DNA of 64,000 nt from NCBI GenBank assembly GCA_946401865.1, contig CAMIVO010000002.1:2781-66780 (forward strand), read 5' to 3'. Positions 11,661 to 21,877 of the stretch are shown here, one piece after another. The notes under the pieces were generated by a model. That model did not search any database, had not been told where the DNA came from, and worked only from the letters and a program-made list of their open reading frames with translations. The translations under genes and the position numbers were made by a program. Numbering within the stretch: the stretch's first letter is position 1; every line of letters begins with the position of its first letter. The DNA comes from an uncultured Clostridia bacterium. GTDB taxonomy: Bacteria > Bacillota > Clostridia > TANB77 > CAG-508.

Positions 11661-11900
11661 GTTACAATTCACGTTTTATTATAAATTAGCCCTGTCTAAA
11701 GTTTATATATTTATTTTTAAAGTAAACTTGTGCGGGGACCACTTTCTTACAAAATGTTTTCAAATATGAGAATTTTTAGGAAGCTTGACTTCCATTAAAA
11801 AAAATTCCATATTTGATTACATTTTTGTTAGAAAGAATGGATTTACGCATAAAAATAAATATATAAACTTGGTGCAGACTAATTTATAGTAAAAGGTTAC
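11661..11900. repeat. ~240-bp palindromic-ended repeat element, copy 1 (right end degenerate)
   Basis: Shares a ~175-bp near-identical core (ttatatatttatttttaaagtaaacttgtgcggggacca...ggatttacgcataaaaataaatatataaac) with 56207-56450; overlaps stop codon of glucan-synthase fragment and lies upstream of pyrG. Confidence 0.6.
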
Positions 11901-12386
11901 ATTTCCACTTCTATTTCATAAATTTTGCCATCATCTTGAAGTTTTATACATTTATCTTTTGCTTCTAGCCCATTAACTTTAAAATAAGTAATTCCACAAT
12001 TTTTTCTATTTAGATTTTTTACTTTTATATTATATATGCTTCTTCCAAATTTATATTTTATAATATATTCTTTCCACTCTTTTGGAATACATGGATTTAT
12101 TTTAAGTATTCCATTTTCAATTTTTAGACCGAGAATATATTCAATTCCAGCTTTATAAAACCAACTTGATGATCCTGTATACCATGTCCATCCGCCTCTT
12201 CCGGCTAAATTGGATTCACCATAAATATCTGCTGGAATTACATATGGCTCTACTTTATATTTATTAGCAGAATCTTTATTTCTTGAGTGTTCAATTGGAT
12301 TTATAATTTTATAAAAGTCTAAAGCCTTTTCTCCATTTTTTAATAAGCACTCTGCAATAATAGCCCAAATTGCACCATGTGTATGC
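11897..12386 (-). pseudogene. C-terminal fragment (~163 codons) of GT84/GH94 glucan-synthase gene, separated from the rest by the inserted element
   Basis: Minus-strand translation ...HGAIWAIIAECLLKNGEKALDFYKIINP...GRGGWTWYTGSSSWFYKAG... = conserved GH94 C-terminal block that should directly follow GGQYTH (found at 26835); stop taa at 11897-11899. Confidence 0.75.
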
Positions 12387-12540
12387 TGTTGTTACTGGCA
12401 GTTTTTAGATTAACAACTTAATTTTGAAAAGAATTGATATTTGGCTAGGCACACGAATTTGAAATGTATGAGGCGTACTCTTGTACGTTGATTACATTTC
12501 AAATGAGTAGTAACGACGCCAAATGCAATTATCTTCAAAA

Positions 12541-14170
12541 TTACACAGCCTTTTTCTCATAAATCTTTTTAGCTACACTAAAATTATTATTTAATTCTTG
12601 TAGTGGTTTAAAGTTAAAATAAATATCAACTTGTTTGTCACTATGAATTTCAATTTTTTCTATAAATTCTCTAATTATTTCTTTAGTAGGATTTTTTATT
12701 TTTAAAAATTCTTCTACTAAATTATCTAATCTACTTTTATTCTTGTCTATATCTTTTTCTCCAGATAATTCTTGTTCAAATTCTTTTATTGATTGTTCGT
12801 AACTTTTCACAATTTCTTTTATTCTCTCTGCATTTTTCATATATTCTTCAAGAGATATAATGCCTGCAAGCCTATCTTCGTACATTACTTCTAATTTTCT
12901 TGTTTCTTTTTCAATATTTTGTTTAAAAGAATCAATTTGATTTTTCAAGTCAAATTCTTGGACTTGTTTAGACTTTGTTTGTTTTGCAATTTCTTCTAAT
13001 TTCTTTTTGTTTTTATATTCTCTGCAAACCTCTCTTAAAACCTCTAACATCTGTTCTTCAAAAACTTGATAATTGAAATTGTGTGGTGAACATACATCAA
13101 ATTTTCCAAATCTTCCATATCTTTGACATCTGCCATAAATATTTCCGTTTTTATCTGGACTTCTAATTCCAATATAGCCTCCACAGTCATAACATCTAAG
13201 TAATCCTTTAAATAAATAATCATTTTGAACTACTCTTGAGCCTTTTGTTGCTTCAATTACTCTTTTTGCTCTTTCGAAATCTTCTTTACTAATTATAGCT
13301 TCATGCATATTCTCTACTTTTACCCAATCTTCTTCAGGTAAATTTATAAATTTCTTTGATTTAAAACTCACCTTTTTTCTCTTGCCTTGTATTACTGTTC
13401 CTGTATATATTTCATTTGAAAGAATAAATCTTACAGTAGATTGTTGCCATAGCCCATAAGTTAAAGATTTTGCTCTTCTATTTCTTTTATTATAATCTGA
13501 CGGAATTGGAATTTTCTTTTTACTTAAGTAATCTGCAATTTGCATTGTACCAAAACCTGCTAAATATTTTTCATATATCAGTTTTACAACATTTGCTGCC
13601 TCTTTATCTATTATTAAATGGTATTTGTTTTCTGGATCTTTTTTATAGCCATAAGGTGCTGTTCCTAAATATTCTCCATTATTTCTTTTTGCTTGTAATA
13701 CACTGTTTATTTTCTTTGATGTATCTTTAGCATACATTTCATTTAATATTGATTTAAACGGTGCTATATCGTTATTTGAATTATCGAAAGCCGTATCTAT
13801 ATTGTCTAATATTGCAACAAATCTAACTTCATGTTCTGGAAAATAATTTTCAATATATAAACCTGATTGCACATAGTTTCTACCAAGTCTTGATAAATCT
13901 TTTGTAATAACCATATTTATTTTACCGAGATTCAATATCTGCAATCATTCTATTAAATGAAGGTCTATCAAAACTTGTCCCACTTACTCCGTCATCAACG
14001 TATTCTGATATAAAATTTAATTTATTCTGTCTAATATATTGCATTAGCAAAGTTCTTTGGTTACCAATACTTTCACTTTCTTGATACTTTTCTTTTTCTT
14101 CATCTTCTCTTGAAAGTCTAATGTATATACCTACTTTATAATCAATATTATTCATTATTGTATAGCTCAA
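12541..14170 (-). CDS. large serine recombinase (TnpX/TndX-like), split by a +1 frameshift near 13930-13944
   Basis: 13922..14170 encodes resolvase catalytic N-domain (GIYIRLSREDE...); 12541..13944 continues with VITKDLSRLGRN, recombinase domain, zinc ribbon CYDCGG...C and coiled coil; removing one c in tctCggtaaaata restores ...DIESGKINMVITKDLSRLGRN. Confidence 0.8.
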
Positions 14171-14656
14171 CTTCTACCTCCTTTTTGCTATAAAAATATA
14201 TGAGATAATATTGATACTCTTGATTTTCATTATACCATATTATCTCATCAAATACCATTGTTTCATTTTATTTTTTTATTGTTCTTAAGCAATAATTTCC
14301 AAAAGCTCTTTCTATAATCTTTTCCAATGCCTCTCCTTTTTCATTAAAAAATATATTTATCTTAAAATCATTCTTTTTCTTATATTTCTTTTTTTCTTCC
14401 AATAGCCTCACTCCTCTTGTTTTATTTTTTCCAAATTTTAGTTTTTTATACTGTTACAAGTGGATTTGCTCCCATATGAGATTTGCCCTCATTCCTCTTT
14501 TTAGAGAATCGCCCCTTTACATCACGTTAGCCAGACGAAAGTATCATTATTTGTGCTTGCAACTACTATTCAATTTTCAATGTGCATTTCCATTTTTTGA
14601 CTTTTTCTACTTTTTATAGTAAAATTATGTCAATTAAGTGTTGTATACATTATAAT

Positions 14657-14677
14657 TGTGAATTTTAGAAATTCACA
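14657..14677. promoter_or_regulatory. 21-bp perfect palindrome (candidate operator) upstream of 14714 gene
   Basis: tgtgaattt-tag-aaattcaca read directly. Confidence 0.35.
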
Positions 14678-14713
14678 CTGTACAATCTCAAAAAATTTTT
14701 TATTTATTTTAGG

Positions 14714-15751
14714 TTGTTTGATGTGGAGGTGTTTTATTTGAGTTTTAAACTAGCTTTTGATAAAAATCTCGGACTAGAATTATTTGTTTTTAAACGCATA
14801 TATTATGATAAAAGTAAAAAGATATTTTTTTCATCATATAGAACTGAGCATATGATTGACCCAATAGGTTCTTTTCTTCTTATATTTTTAAATACAAATT
14901 TTGAAGATGATGAAGATTGCAGATCTTTTGTTTTTTGGTTTTGTTTTGAAAGCTTATATTATAGAAGACATCCTGAAACAAAGAAAGCAAATCATAATTC
15001 ATCAAAACATTTAAGGCTTTCATTCTCTGAATTTAATAATGAATTAAATGAAATTGTAAAGGAATATAAAGAAGAATTTTTATACCTTAAATATACTTTA
15101 TTAAAAAATCTAAGATTACCATATGATACTGATTTTTTCAAAAAAATTGAAGAAGAAGCAGAATTTACTCCAGAAGACATACAGGAAATGAGACAAGATG
15201 AAAAAAGCTTTTTAGAAGATAAATCAATTAAATATAATGAAACAGAAATAAATGGATTTATGGAGAAATTAAATATACAATTCGAGACTTTTGGTCTAAT
15301 TTTTGATAATATAAATATTGAAAAGTATAATATTCCTTACTACTTTGAGAGTGAAGATATTTGGGCTATAATAGCTCTTTTATTTAAAGAATTTATGTCT
15401 GATAATCATAATACTATAAGACAATGCCAAAATTGTGGATATTACTTTGTTCCATCAAATTTAAAAGAAACTAAATATTGCAATGTAGAATATAAAGAAA
15501 CTGGCAAAACTTGTAGGCAAATTGGAAAAGAATTAGCTTATAAAAAATCTCTAAAAGAAGATACTCTTTTAGATAAATATAGGAAAAGATATATGTCTCT
15601 TGCAAGCTCTGTTTCACATTATGGAACAGATACTGCCATTACTAGATTTGAAAAGTATAAAAAAGATGGAGCTGTAATGAAACAAAAATATCTAAATAAA
15701 GAAATTACCCCAAAAGAATTTGAAAAATGGATTTCAGATAGCAAAAAATAG
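14714..15751 (+). CDS. hypothetical protein with C-terminal Cys4 zinc-ribbon (CQNCGYY...KYCN...C); true start uncertain (ORF-track start is TTG)
   Basis: 345-aa ORF; zinc-ribbon motif RQCQNCGYYFVPSNLKETKYCNVEYKETGKTCRQ; convergent with 899-aa gene. Confidence 0.45.
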   Translation: MFDVEVFYLSFKLAFDKNLGLELFVFKRIYYDKSKKIFFSSYRTEHMIDPIGSFLLIFLNTNFEDDEDCRSFVFWFCFESLYYRRHPETKKANHNSSKHLRLSFSEFNNELNEIVKEYKEEFLYLKYTLLKNLRLPYDTDFFKKIEEEAEFTPEDIQEMRQDEKSFLEDKSIKYNETEINGFMEKLNIQFETFGLIFDNINIEKYNIPYYFESEDIWAIIALLFKEFMSDNHNTIRQCQNCGYYFVPSNLKETKYCNVEYKETGKTCRQIGKELAYKKSLKEDTLLDKYRKRYMSLASSVSHYGTDTAITRFEKYKKDGAVMKQKYLNKEITPKEFEKWISDSKK

Positions 15752-15790
15752 AACAGGAAATCACCTCTTGTTCTATTTTTGGTCTTGCAA
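15752..15790. terminator. bidirectional hairpin between convergent genes
   Basis: agaacagg aaatcacctc ttgttct followed by T-run. Confidence 0.4.
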
Positions 15791-18490
15791 TTAGCCTATT
15801 TCCTTATCTTTTTCATTCTGCTGTTCCATAATTTGCGAAACTTGATAATTAATTTGGCTCGTCCTTATTGTAGTAGTTGCACTAACTCCACTTTCTATTA
15901 ATCCTTGTTTATTACAAATCATATTTGCAATTTCTTCACTTTCAAATAAATTATCTCTAATATCTTCTTCACTTAAACCATTTATAGTTTTCAAGCTATG
16001 ATAGATTTGTCTTAAAACTTCCAGATTTTTTTCATTTATTTCTACGTTTCTAACACCACTTATTAATTTATCAATTAATAATTCTTGCCCCATATCATAA
16101 GAATCTGACTCTATTGATATATCAGCATTTTTAAATAATCCTATTACCCTACATATATTTTCTAAATCATATTCCAATAGACCTTGTTCATAATCCTCAT
16201 TTTTAGGATAGGCAGATTTTAAAAATGTAATTATGTCATCGATTTGTTTTGAATTGAAACTATGTTCTAATAAGAAAAATCTAATAGGATCAGGAATTAC
16301 ATTATCTGTATCTTGAAAACTATCGAAATAGTCGGATAATCTTTTGCTATTATTTTTATTTTCTAATCCTGTTAGACATTTTTTTAATTTTTCTTCTAAC
16401 TCATTTCTTTGTTCACTATTTATTTCGCTTGTATTTTGCAGTTTTTCTTGCATAATTGAACAAATTCTTTTTGCCATCACGTCGCTTATACCTAAAAGTT
16501 TTTGATTATTATCATCTAATAGCATTAAACATATATCAAAATTCGTGTCATTAAAAAGCATTGAGCTATCAGTTTCTAGAAACTGATTAATACAAGCCCT
16601 TAATAAGAGATTAGTTTTGTCTTTTTCTTTAGTAAAAGCAAGTAATGTTTCGACATTAAAGTTTGGGGAAATCCTTATATTTCCATAATCAGAATTCATT
16701 ATACAATCTAATATTTCATATTCATTTTCTATTTCATATCCATATTTTTTTAATGTACTAATTGCTACACCCACATCATCATATAAATCTAAATTATTAA
16801 AAATCAATCCATCTTCAATGTTTTCTCTTACTTCATGTGGTAACTGTCCTATTTTTATTAATAATCCAATATCATCAATTTTATCTGTATATGTTATGTA
16901 AGTAGCTATATTATTTTCCAGTCCAAATAAATTACTTATGTCATTTTTTGATAGTGAAGAATAATCAATGTTGTTTAATATCTCAATAATACTTAAAATA
17001 CTGTCTGGATTTATCTGTAATAAAGGAACATTGTATATATATAGTATTTTTTGTAAATCTTCATTAGGAAGATTTATCTTTGACAAAACTTCTAATAAAT
17101 TATCATTTAAATAAAACATTGTATTTTCATCATCTTCTACTTGCTTATCATATTGTGTTTTATCAAATTTATTCCCAACCTTTTTATTTAAAAACTCTAA
17201 TATACTTGAATAATTATCTTCATCATTAAGTACATGATATTGAGCAAGAAAGTGAATAATATCACTAGTATTCGTTACTTCTTTTTCATTCATTATTTCT
17301 TGAAAAATATCAAATGGTATGCCACCTGTCAAAGACATAATTTCTTCAAAATTTGATGAATTCTCTTTATTAATTTCATACCAACCTTTAATAAGCAATT
17401 TTATAAAATCACTATAACCCCATTTAGAACAAATTTCTTTAATTTTGCCATTTGACTTTTTGCTTAATTCTTGTATATCTTCTACACTTAAACAAGAGAA
17501 TACTTGTTGTACATTATCTCTACGAATATTTGAAAAATCATTTTTTTGTAACCATTCATATTTAAGTTTATTCTCATAATATATTGCATCCATTATTGAA
17601 CAATCAACTGAATATAATGCAGGTTCTTCTCCATTAGTATGTTGTTTAATACCAGTTTCATCAATAGGATAATTAATATGATTTGCTAGTATGTTTCTTA
17701 ATTTTTTAGACGCTTGTGGTAAATATTCTGCTGTATTATTTTTAACTCCAAGTTGATTTCTTACATTAGGTAAATCTTCAGTCAAAATCATTCTCAAATG
17801 ATATCCTAATGTTTTTTCACACATATCTACAAATTTATCTTTTGAACCAAAAAAATACTCCCTTACAGCATCTATATCTATATTTTTATTTTGCAATGCA
17901 TACATAATACTACGAGTAAAATCTCCTTCACTAATATATGAATTTTGTTCATAGTATCCATTATTGTTTGCCAATTCATCATTTTCTTGTTCAGATATAC
18001 AATTTATTCTATTTCCTTTTTGTATGTAATTATTGATACTCATTTCTGCAAACAAATCTACAAGTGCTTCTTCAACAACGGCATTAACTTCCCCCTTTGA
18101 AATTAAATCCGAAAAAGCATGTGCATATTCATGTATAATAACATGTATTAGATCAATAGTATTACTATTATTTCTACAATAATTTTCTGTTAAACATATC
18201 TTTTCTTCTGTAGGACTATAGTATGCAGAACATGCTGCAGCATTTTTTGGATCTCTATCTATTTCTATTGTTAAAGTAGCAATAATGTATGTGATTTTTT
18301 CAATAATATCTTGTCCAACTATTTCATTTGCAAATGTAAGAATTATATTGCCTGCCTCTTCTATAGCATCATGCATTTGTTCAATTGTTATTGGTTCTAA
18401 ATCTTGTGTTGGTTCTTCTTTTTCTTCTATATCATCAATTTCCCAATCATCATCATTGTTTTTTATAGTTCCTTCATCATTACTATTCAT
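15791..18490 (-). CDS. 899-aa protein with N-terminal SprT-like/zincin HExxH domain (IDLIHVIIHEYAHAF), acidic N-terminus, long helical C-terminal region
   Basis: HEYAH motif in SprT-like context (TLLHEMIHA-type); no TM; last gene of a 5-gene minus-strand operon on the element. Confidence 0.5.
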   Translation of the reverse strand: MNSNDEGTIKNNDDDWEIDDIEEKEEPTQDLEPITIEQMHDAIEEAGNIILTFANEIVGQDIIEKITYIIATLTIEIDRDPKNAAACSAYYSPTEEKICLTENYCRNNSNTIDLIHVIIHEYAHAFSDLISKGEVNAVVEEALVDLFAEMSINNYIQKGNRINCISEQENDELANNNGYYEQNSYISEGDFTRSIMYALQNKNIDIDAVREYFFGSKDKFVDMCEKTLGYHLRMILTEDLPNVRNQLGVKNNTAEYLPQASKKLRNILANHINYPIDETGIKQHTNGEEPALYSVDCSIMDAIYYENKLKYEWLQKNDFSNIRRDNVQQVFSCLSVEDIQELSKKSNGKIKEICSKWGYSDFIKLLIKGWYEINKENSSNFEEIMSLTGGIPFDIFQEIMNEKEVTNTSDIIHFLAQYHVLNDEDNYSSILEFLNKKVGNKFDKTQYDKQVEDDENTMFYLNDNLLEVLSKINLPNEDLQKILYIYNVPLLQINPDSILSIIEILNNIDYSSLSKNDISNLFGLENNIATYITYTDKIDDIGLLIKIGQLPHEVRENIEDGLIFNNLDLYDDVGVAISTLKKYGYEIENEYEILDCIMNSDYGNIRISPNFNVETLLAFTKEKDKTNLLLRACINQFLETDSSMLFNDTNFDICLMLLDDNNQKLLGISDVMAKRICSIMQEKLQNTSEINSEQRNELEEKLKKCLTGLENKNNSKRLSDYFDSFQDTDNVIPDPIRFFLLEHSFNSKQIDDIITFLKSAYPKNEDYEQGLLEYDLENICRVIGLFKNADISIESDSYDMGQELLIDKLISGVRNVEINEKNLEVLRQIYHSLKTINGLSEEDIRDNLFESEEIANMICNKQGLIESGVSATTTIRTSQINYQVSQIMEQQNEKDKEIG

Positions 18491-18499
18491 TTAATACTC

Positions 18500-18733
18500 C
18501 TAATCTATCCTAATATTTGGGTTCATCTCTTGTGTTGTTTTCCATTCAATTCCATATTTTTCTTTTAATAATTTCTTTTTATAATTTTCAAAAATATGTA
18601 TATATCCTAAACCTTTTTTTATGCCTTTATCTTTTAATATTTTGTCAGTTTCTAACTCAACTTCCTGAAATATTTTTTTATATTCTTCTTTATCTTCTAC
18701 ACTATCATGTTTGAGCATAATATAAACCTCCAA
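18500..18733 (-). CDS. hypothetical small protein
   Basis: 77-aa ORF tightly packed in operon. Confidence 0.35.
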   Translation of the reverse strand: MEVYIMLKHDSVEDKEEYKKIFQEVELETDKILKDKGIKKGLGYIHIFENYKKKLLKEKYGIEWKTTQEMNPNIRID

Positions 18734-18740
18734 TCAATCA

Positions 18741-19193
18741 TTATCTTTTTATAAGATTTAATATAAATCTTTTTATTTTCTTAAATATAGAATCTTCCTT
18801 ATATTCTACCAATGCTGTTTGTGAATGTTGATTAAATTCAATGTTCTTCTGTTTATTTTTAAATAAATTGTCAGGATTATACTTTTCTCTCAGTTTTATT
18901 TGATATTCATTCTCATTATTATCGTATATCTTTTTTAATCTTTGTTTTTCTGTTTCATCCTCACACCAATATTGTAGATTAAGCAGTGCAATTAATGCTA
19001 ATGTTTCTTCTTTCAAATTCTGCTCTTTAATTGGTCTATTTGGATTTATTTCCTTTGAGTAATTTATATCTCTATTATTTTTAAAATACTCCCTTAATTT
19101 TTGTGGTATTTTATTTTTGTTATATTCATCTAATAAATTTATAAAAGTATCTATTTCCGTATATGCTTGTCTTGTTGCTATTGAAAGACTCAT
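18741..19193 (-). CDS. hypothetical protein
   Basis: 150-aa ORF in operon. Confidence 0.4.
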   Translation of the reverse strand: MSLSIATRQAYTEIDTFINLLDEYNKNKIPQKLREYFKNNRDINYSKEINPNRPIKEQNLKEETLALIALLNLQYWCEDETEKQRLKKIYDNNENEYQIKLREKYNPDNLFKNKQKNIEFNQHSQTALVEYKEDSIFKKIKRFILNLIKR

Positions 19194-19212
19194 ATATTCC
19201 CCTTCTTTCGTT

Positions 19213-20283
19213 TTATTGTTGTATATCCTCTATTTTTTCTGTCTTATCATTTTGATGTTCTTGTATTATCGTTGTTGCAACTTTTTCTACTTGCTCAGTT
19301 CTTACAGATAAAGTCGTTGCATCAATTGCACTTTCCAGTAAATCCATTCTTAACATACTAAACATATCTGCTAAACTTGAATCACTTGTTTCTTTTGGCT
19401 TACTACCATGAATGCTATTAACTAAATCATTCTTTCTTTCATCATCTAGTTTATATCTTGTATCAGTTGTTATAAATTCTGCTTTAATATCTTCTAATTT
19501 TTCTGGAGCTGTTTGTGTGATATATTTTTCAAACTCATCTTGAGCAAGTTGAATATATTCATGCATTTTTCTTATATCTTCTTCTGTAAATTCAGCATCT
19601 TCTTTTCCATTTGCTCCATATCTTAATTCATATATTCCATCTATAGCTGCACTATACCTGTCATAGTTAGCAAATTTATTAAATCTTGCAATTAATTCAT
19701 TTAATCTATCCATATTTTCATCATTTTGCATACTTATGAGTTCGTCTAATGTTATGCCCATTGATGTACAAAATAGCTTGTTTAATTTATCTTCAACTTG
19801 ATACCTTACCATATCTGTTTGAAAGCTTAAATTAAATGCATCAAATGATGTAGTTCTAATATTATTATTTGCAAATGATTTTGCCATTTCAATTGCAAAT
19901 CTATCTGTAATTGATTCATTTTGACCTATTCCATTTCCACTATGTTGCTGATGTAATCCAACATGACTATTATCAATATGCTTTGTATTATCCCAATCAA
20001 TATACTAATCTAATATGTGTTTTTCTTCATGTAAAATAAGTGTTATTGCATCTCCTTCAGTTGTAATTTGATTTATATTAAATCCTAGTGTTTGAATATT
20101 AGGATTAAAATATGCTAATCCATGTGAATCATCAAGTTCTTGTATATCTTTATTTATAATACTTCTTAATTTGTCTTCTAATTCTTCCTTTTTACTTGGA
20201 TCAAAATATCCTTTATCAATCCCCAATGAAATGATTTTATTGCTTACATCTATAAATATTCTCATAAAATCTTCACGAGTCAT
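19213..20283 (-). CDS. HExxH (HEEKH) protein, 357 codons in one frame interrupted by an in-frame TAG at 20005-20007
   Basis: Strong RBS AGAGGTGGAAT-ATG at 20283; ORFs 20005..20283 and 19213..19887 are in same frame; downstream Met lacks RBS; sequence across stop reads HEEKHILD*YIDWDNTKHIDNSHVGLHQQHSGNGIGQ... Confidence 0.5.
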
Positions 20284-20379
20284 ATTCCACCTCTAATTTT
20301 TATACAATATCTCAAAATATATATACCATAAAAATCAAAAATTTTCAATAACTAAAATAACATCATTATTGTTTATTTG

Positions 20380-21567
20380 CTACATCTCCATCTCTAAATC
20401 TTTTTCTTTTTCTTCATGTTTTATTTGTTTTTCAGCATCTAACAAAATATTATTTTCTCGTTCAAAGTCCCTAATCAAATTATTTTCAGCACCCATATCA
20501 AACTTTTTGCAAATCCACGTTATAAATATATCAATAGTTTCCTTAAATCTATCTACTACTTTGTGTAAAAAGCTATTTTCTTTTTCTAATTTATTGATTC
20601 TATTAGTATATTGCCATTCCATTTCAAATTCTTTTTTATTATATTCTTTTTTTATATTATCTACTTCATCGTGTAATTTTTCATTATCAGCTATTATTCT
20701 ATCTCTTTCTTTTTGGTATTTTTCTGCCTCTTCTATAACCTGTGCTTGTCTTGATAATTGCCTATGTAAATTCATATTATCTTGTTATAAATTTTGAATT
20801 ACATTATCCTTTGGTTTTATAATTTCTTCTAGGATTTTTTCATCTCTTTTCCTTGATAATCTATTTATATTAATATCTGTTATATCAGGAATATCTGGTA
20901 ATTCCAATTTCATATTATTCAAAATTTCTTTAGTCTGTTTAAAATTTGTTATTTTCTTATATTCTTCAACAGAATAATGCTCTCTACCTGTTTCCTCTTT
21001 TGACAATCCTCTTTGCAGGTTAAATCCATTTTCCACCATATACTTGTAAAAAGCATCTTGTAGTTGTCTGTAACTGTCTTTTGCTTTCCAAAATTCACTA
21101 CAAGCCAATTTATCAATAGAATTCCCTTTTTTATCTGTTGTATGAATTACTGGTAAAAATACTAAATGCATATGAGGCGTTTGTTCGTCCATATGCACTT
21201 TTGCAGACATTATATATTGTTCTCCTAAGTCTTTGTATTCAGATACAAATTTATATGCGGTTTCAAAAAATCTCTTTGTTTCTTCTTCTCCTATTCCTTC
21301 AAAATAATCATGATCTGATGTTATTATATATTCACAAGCTATATTACTTACTGTTTTAATTTGTCCTTTTAAATTATATTTTTCTTTTATTCTGTCAAAT
21401 TCCTTTTCATAACTATATTGTGGAGTTTTTAGTGAATAGTTTAAATATGATTTTTCTTTATCTATATTTTCATTTGAATAATTTTTATTTCTTCTTTCAT
21501 TGTGTCTAAATATTCCTTTTAAATTTTCTCTTTTGTATTTTGTATTTCTAATAATTGCATAACTCAT
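20380..21567 (-). CDS. MobV-family (Mob/Pre) relaxase; relaxase domain (20785..21567) and coiled-coil C-terminus (20380..20775) separated by in-frame TAA
   Basis: MSYAI(I)RNTKYKR... N-terminus and HMDEQTPHMHLVF HxDE..PHxH motif; ...VIQNL*QDNMNLHRQ... same frame, no RBS before downstream Met. Confidence 0.75.
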
Positions 21568-21659
21568 TTTTTCATCAACCTCCTTTAAATAAATTCTTCT
21601 TTGACTGGCTAACTAATAAGACCTATTCCTCTTAAAATTTTGCTCTTTCTCATTTGTCT

Positions 21660-21750
21660 TGTAACACAACTACAACACTTTTTTATGCTACCGCAAAAAA
21701 GTGTTAGTTGTGGCAGGGAAAAATTTTTCCCCACACCCCATTTTTCCAAA
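21660..21750. promoter_or_regulatory. candidate oriT for the MobV relaxase
   Basis: Imperfect IR caactacaacactttttt / aaaaaagtgttagttgtg with AGTGTT-AG resembling pMV158-type nick region GTGTG-TT; second IR ggggaaaaatttttccc; location just upstream of mob. Confidence 0.35.
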
Positions 21751-21814
21751 AAAATATTTCATAATATTTTTTTGAATTTATCCTAAATTTGCTTTATTGC
21801 AATTTTAGGATAAA

Positions 21815-21858
21815 AAAATCAGCTCCAAAGTAGTTTTCTACCCTAGTAGCTGATTTTA
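21815..21858 (-). terminator. intrinsic terminator after rep-like gene
   Basis: aatcagct...agctgatt hairpin followed by U-run on minus strand. Confidence 0.4.
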
Positions 21859-21877
21859 TATATGCAAATGTATGTAA

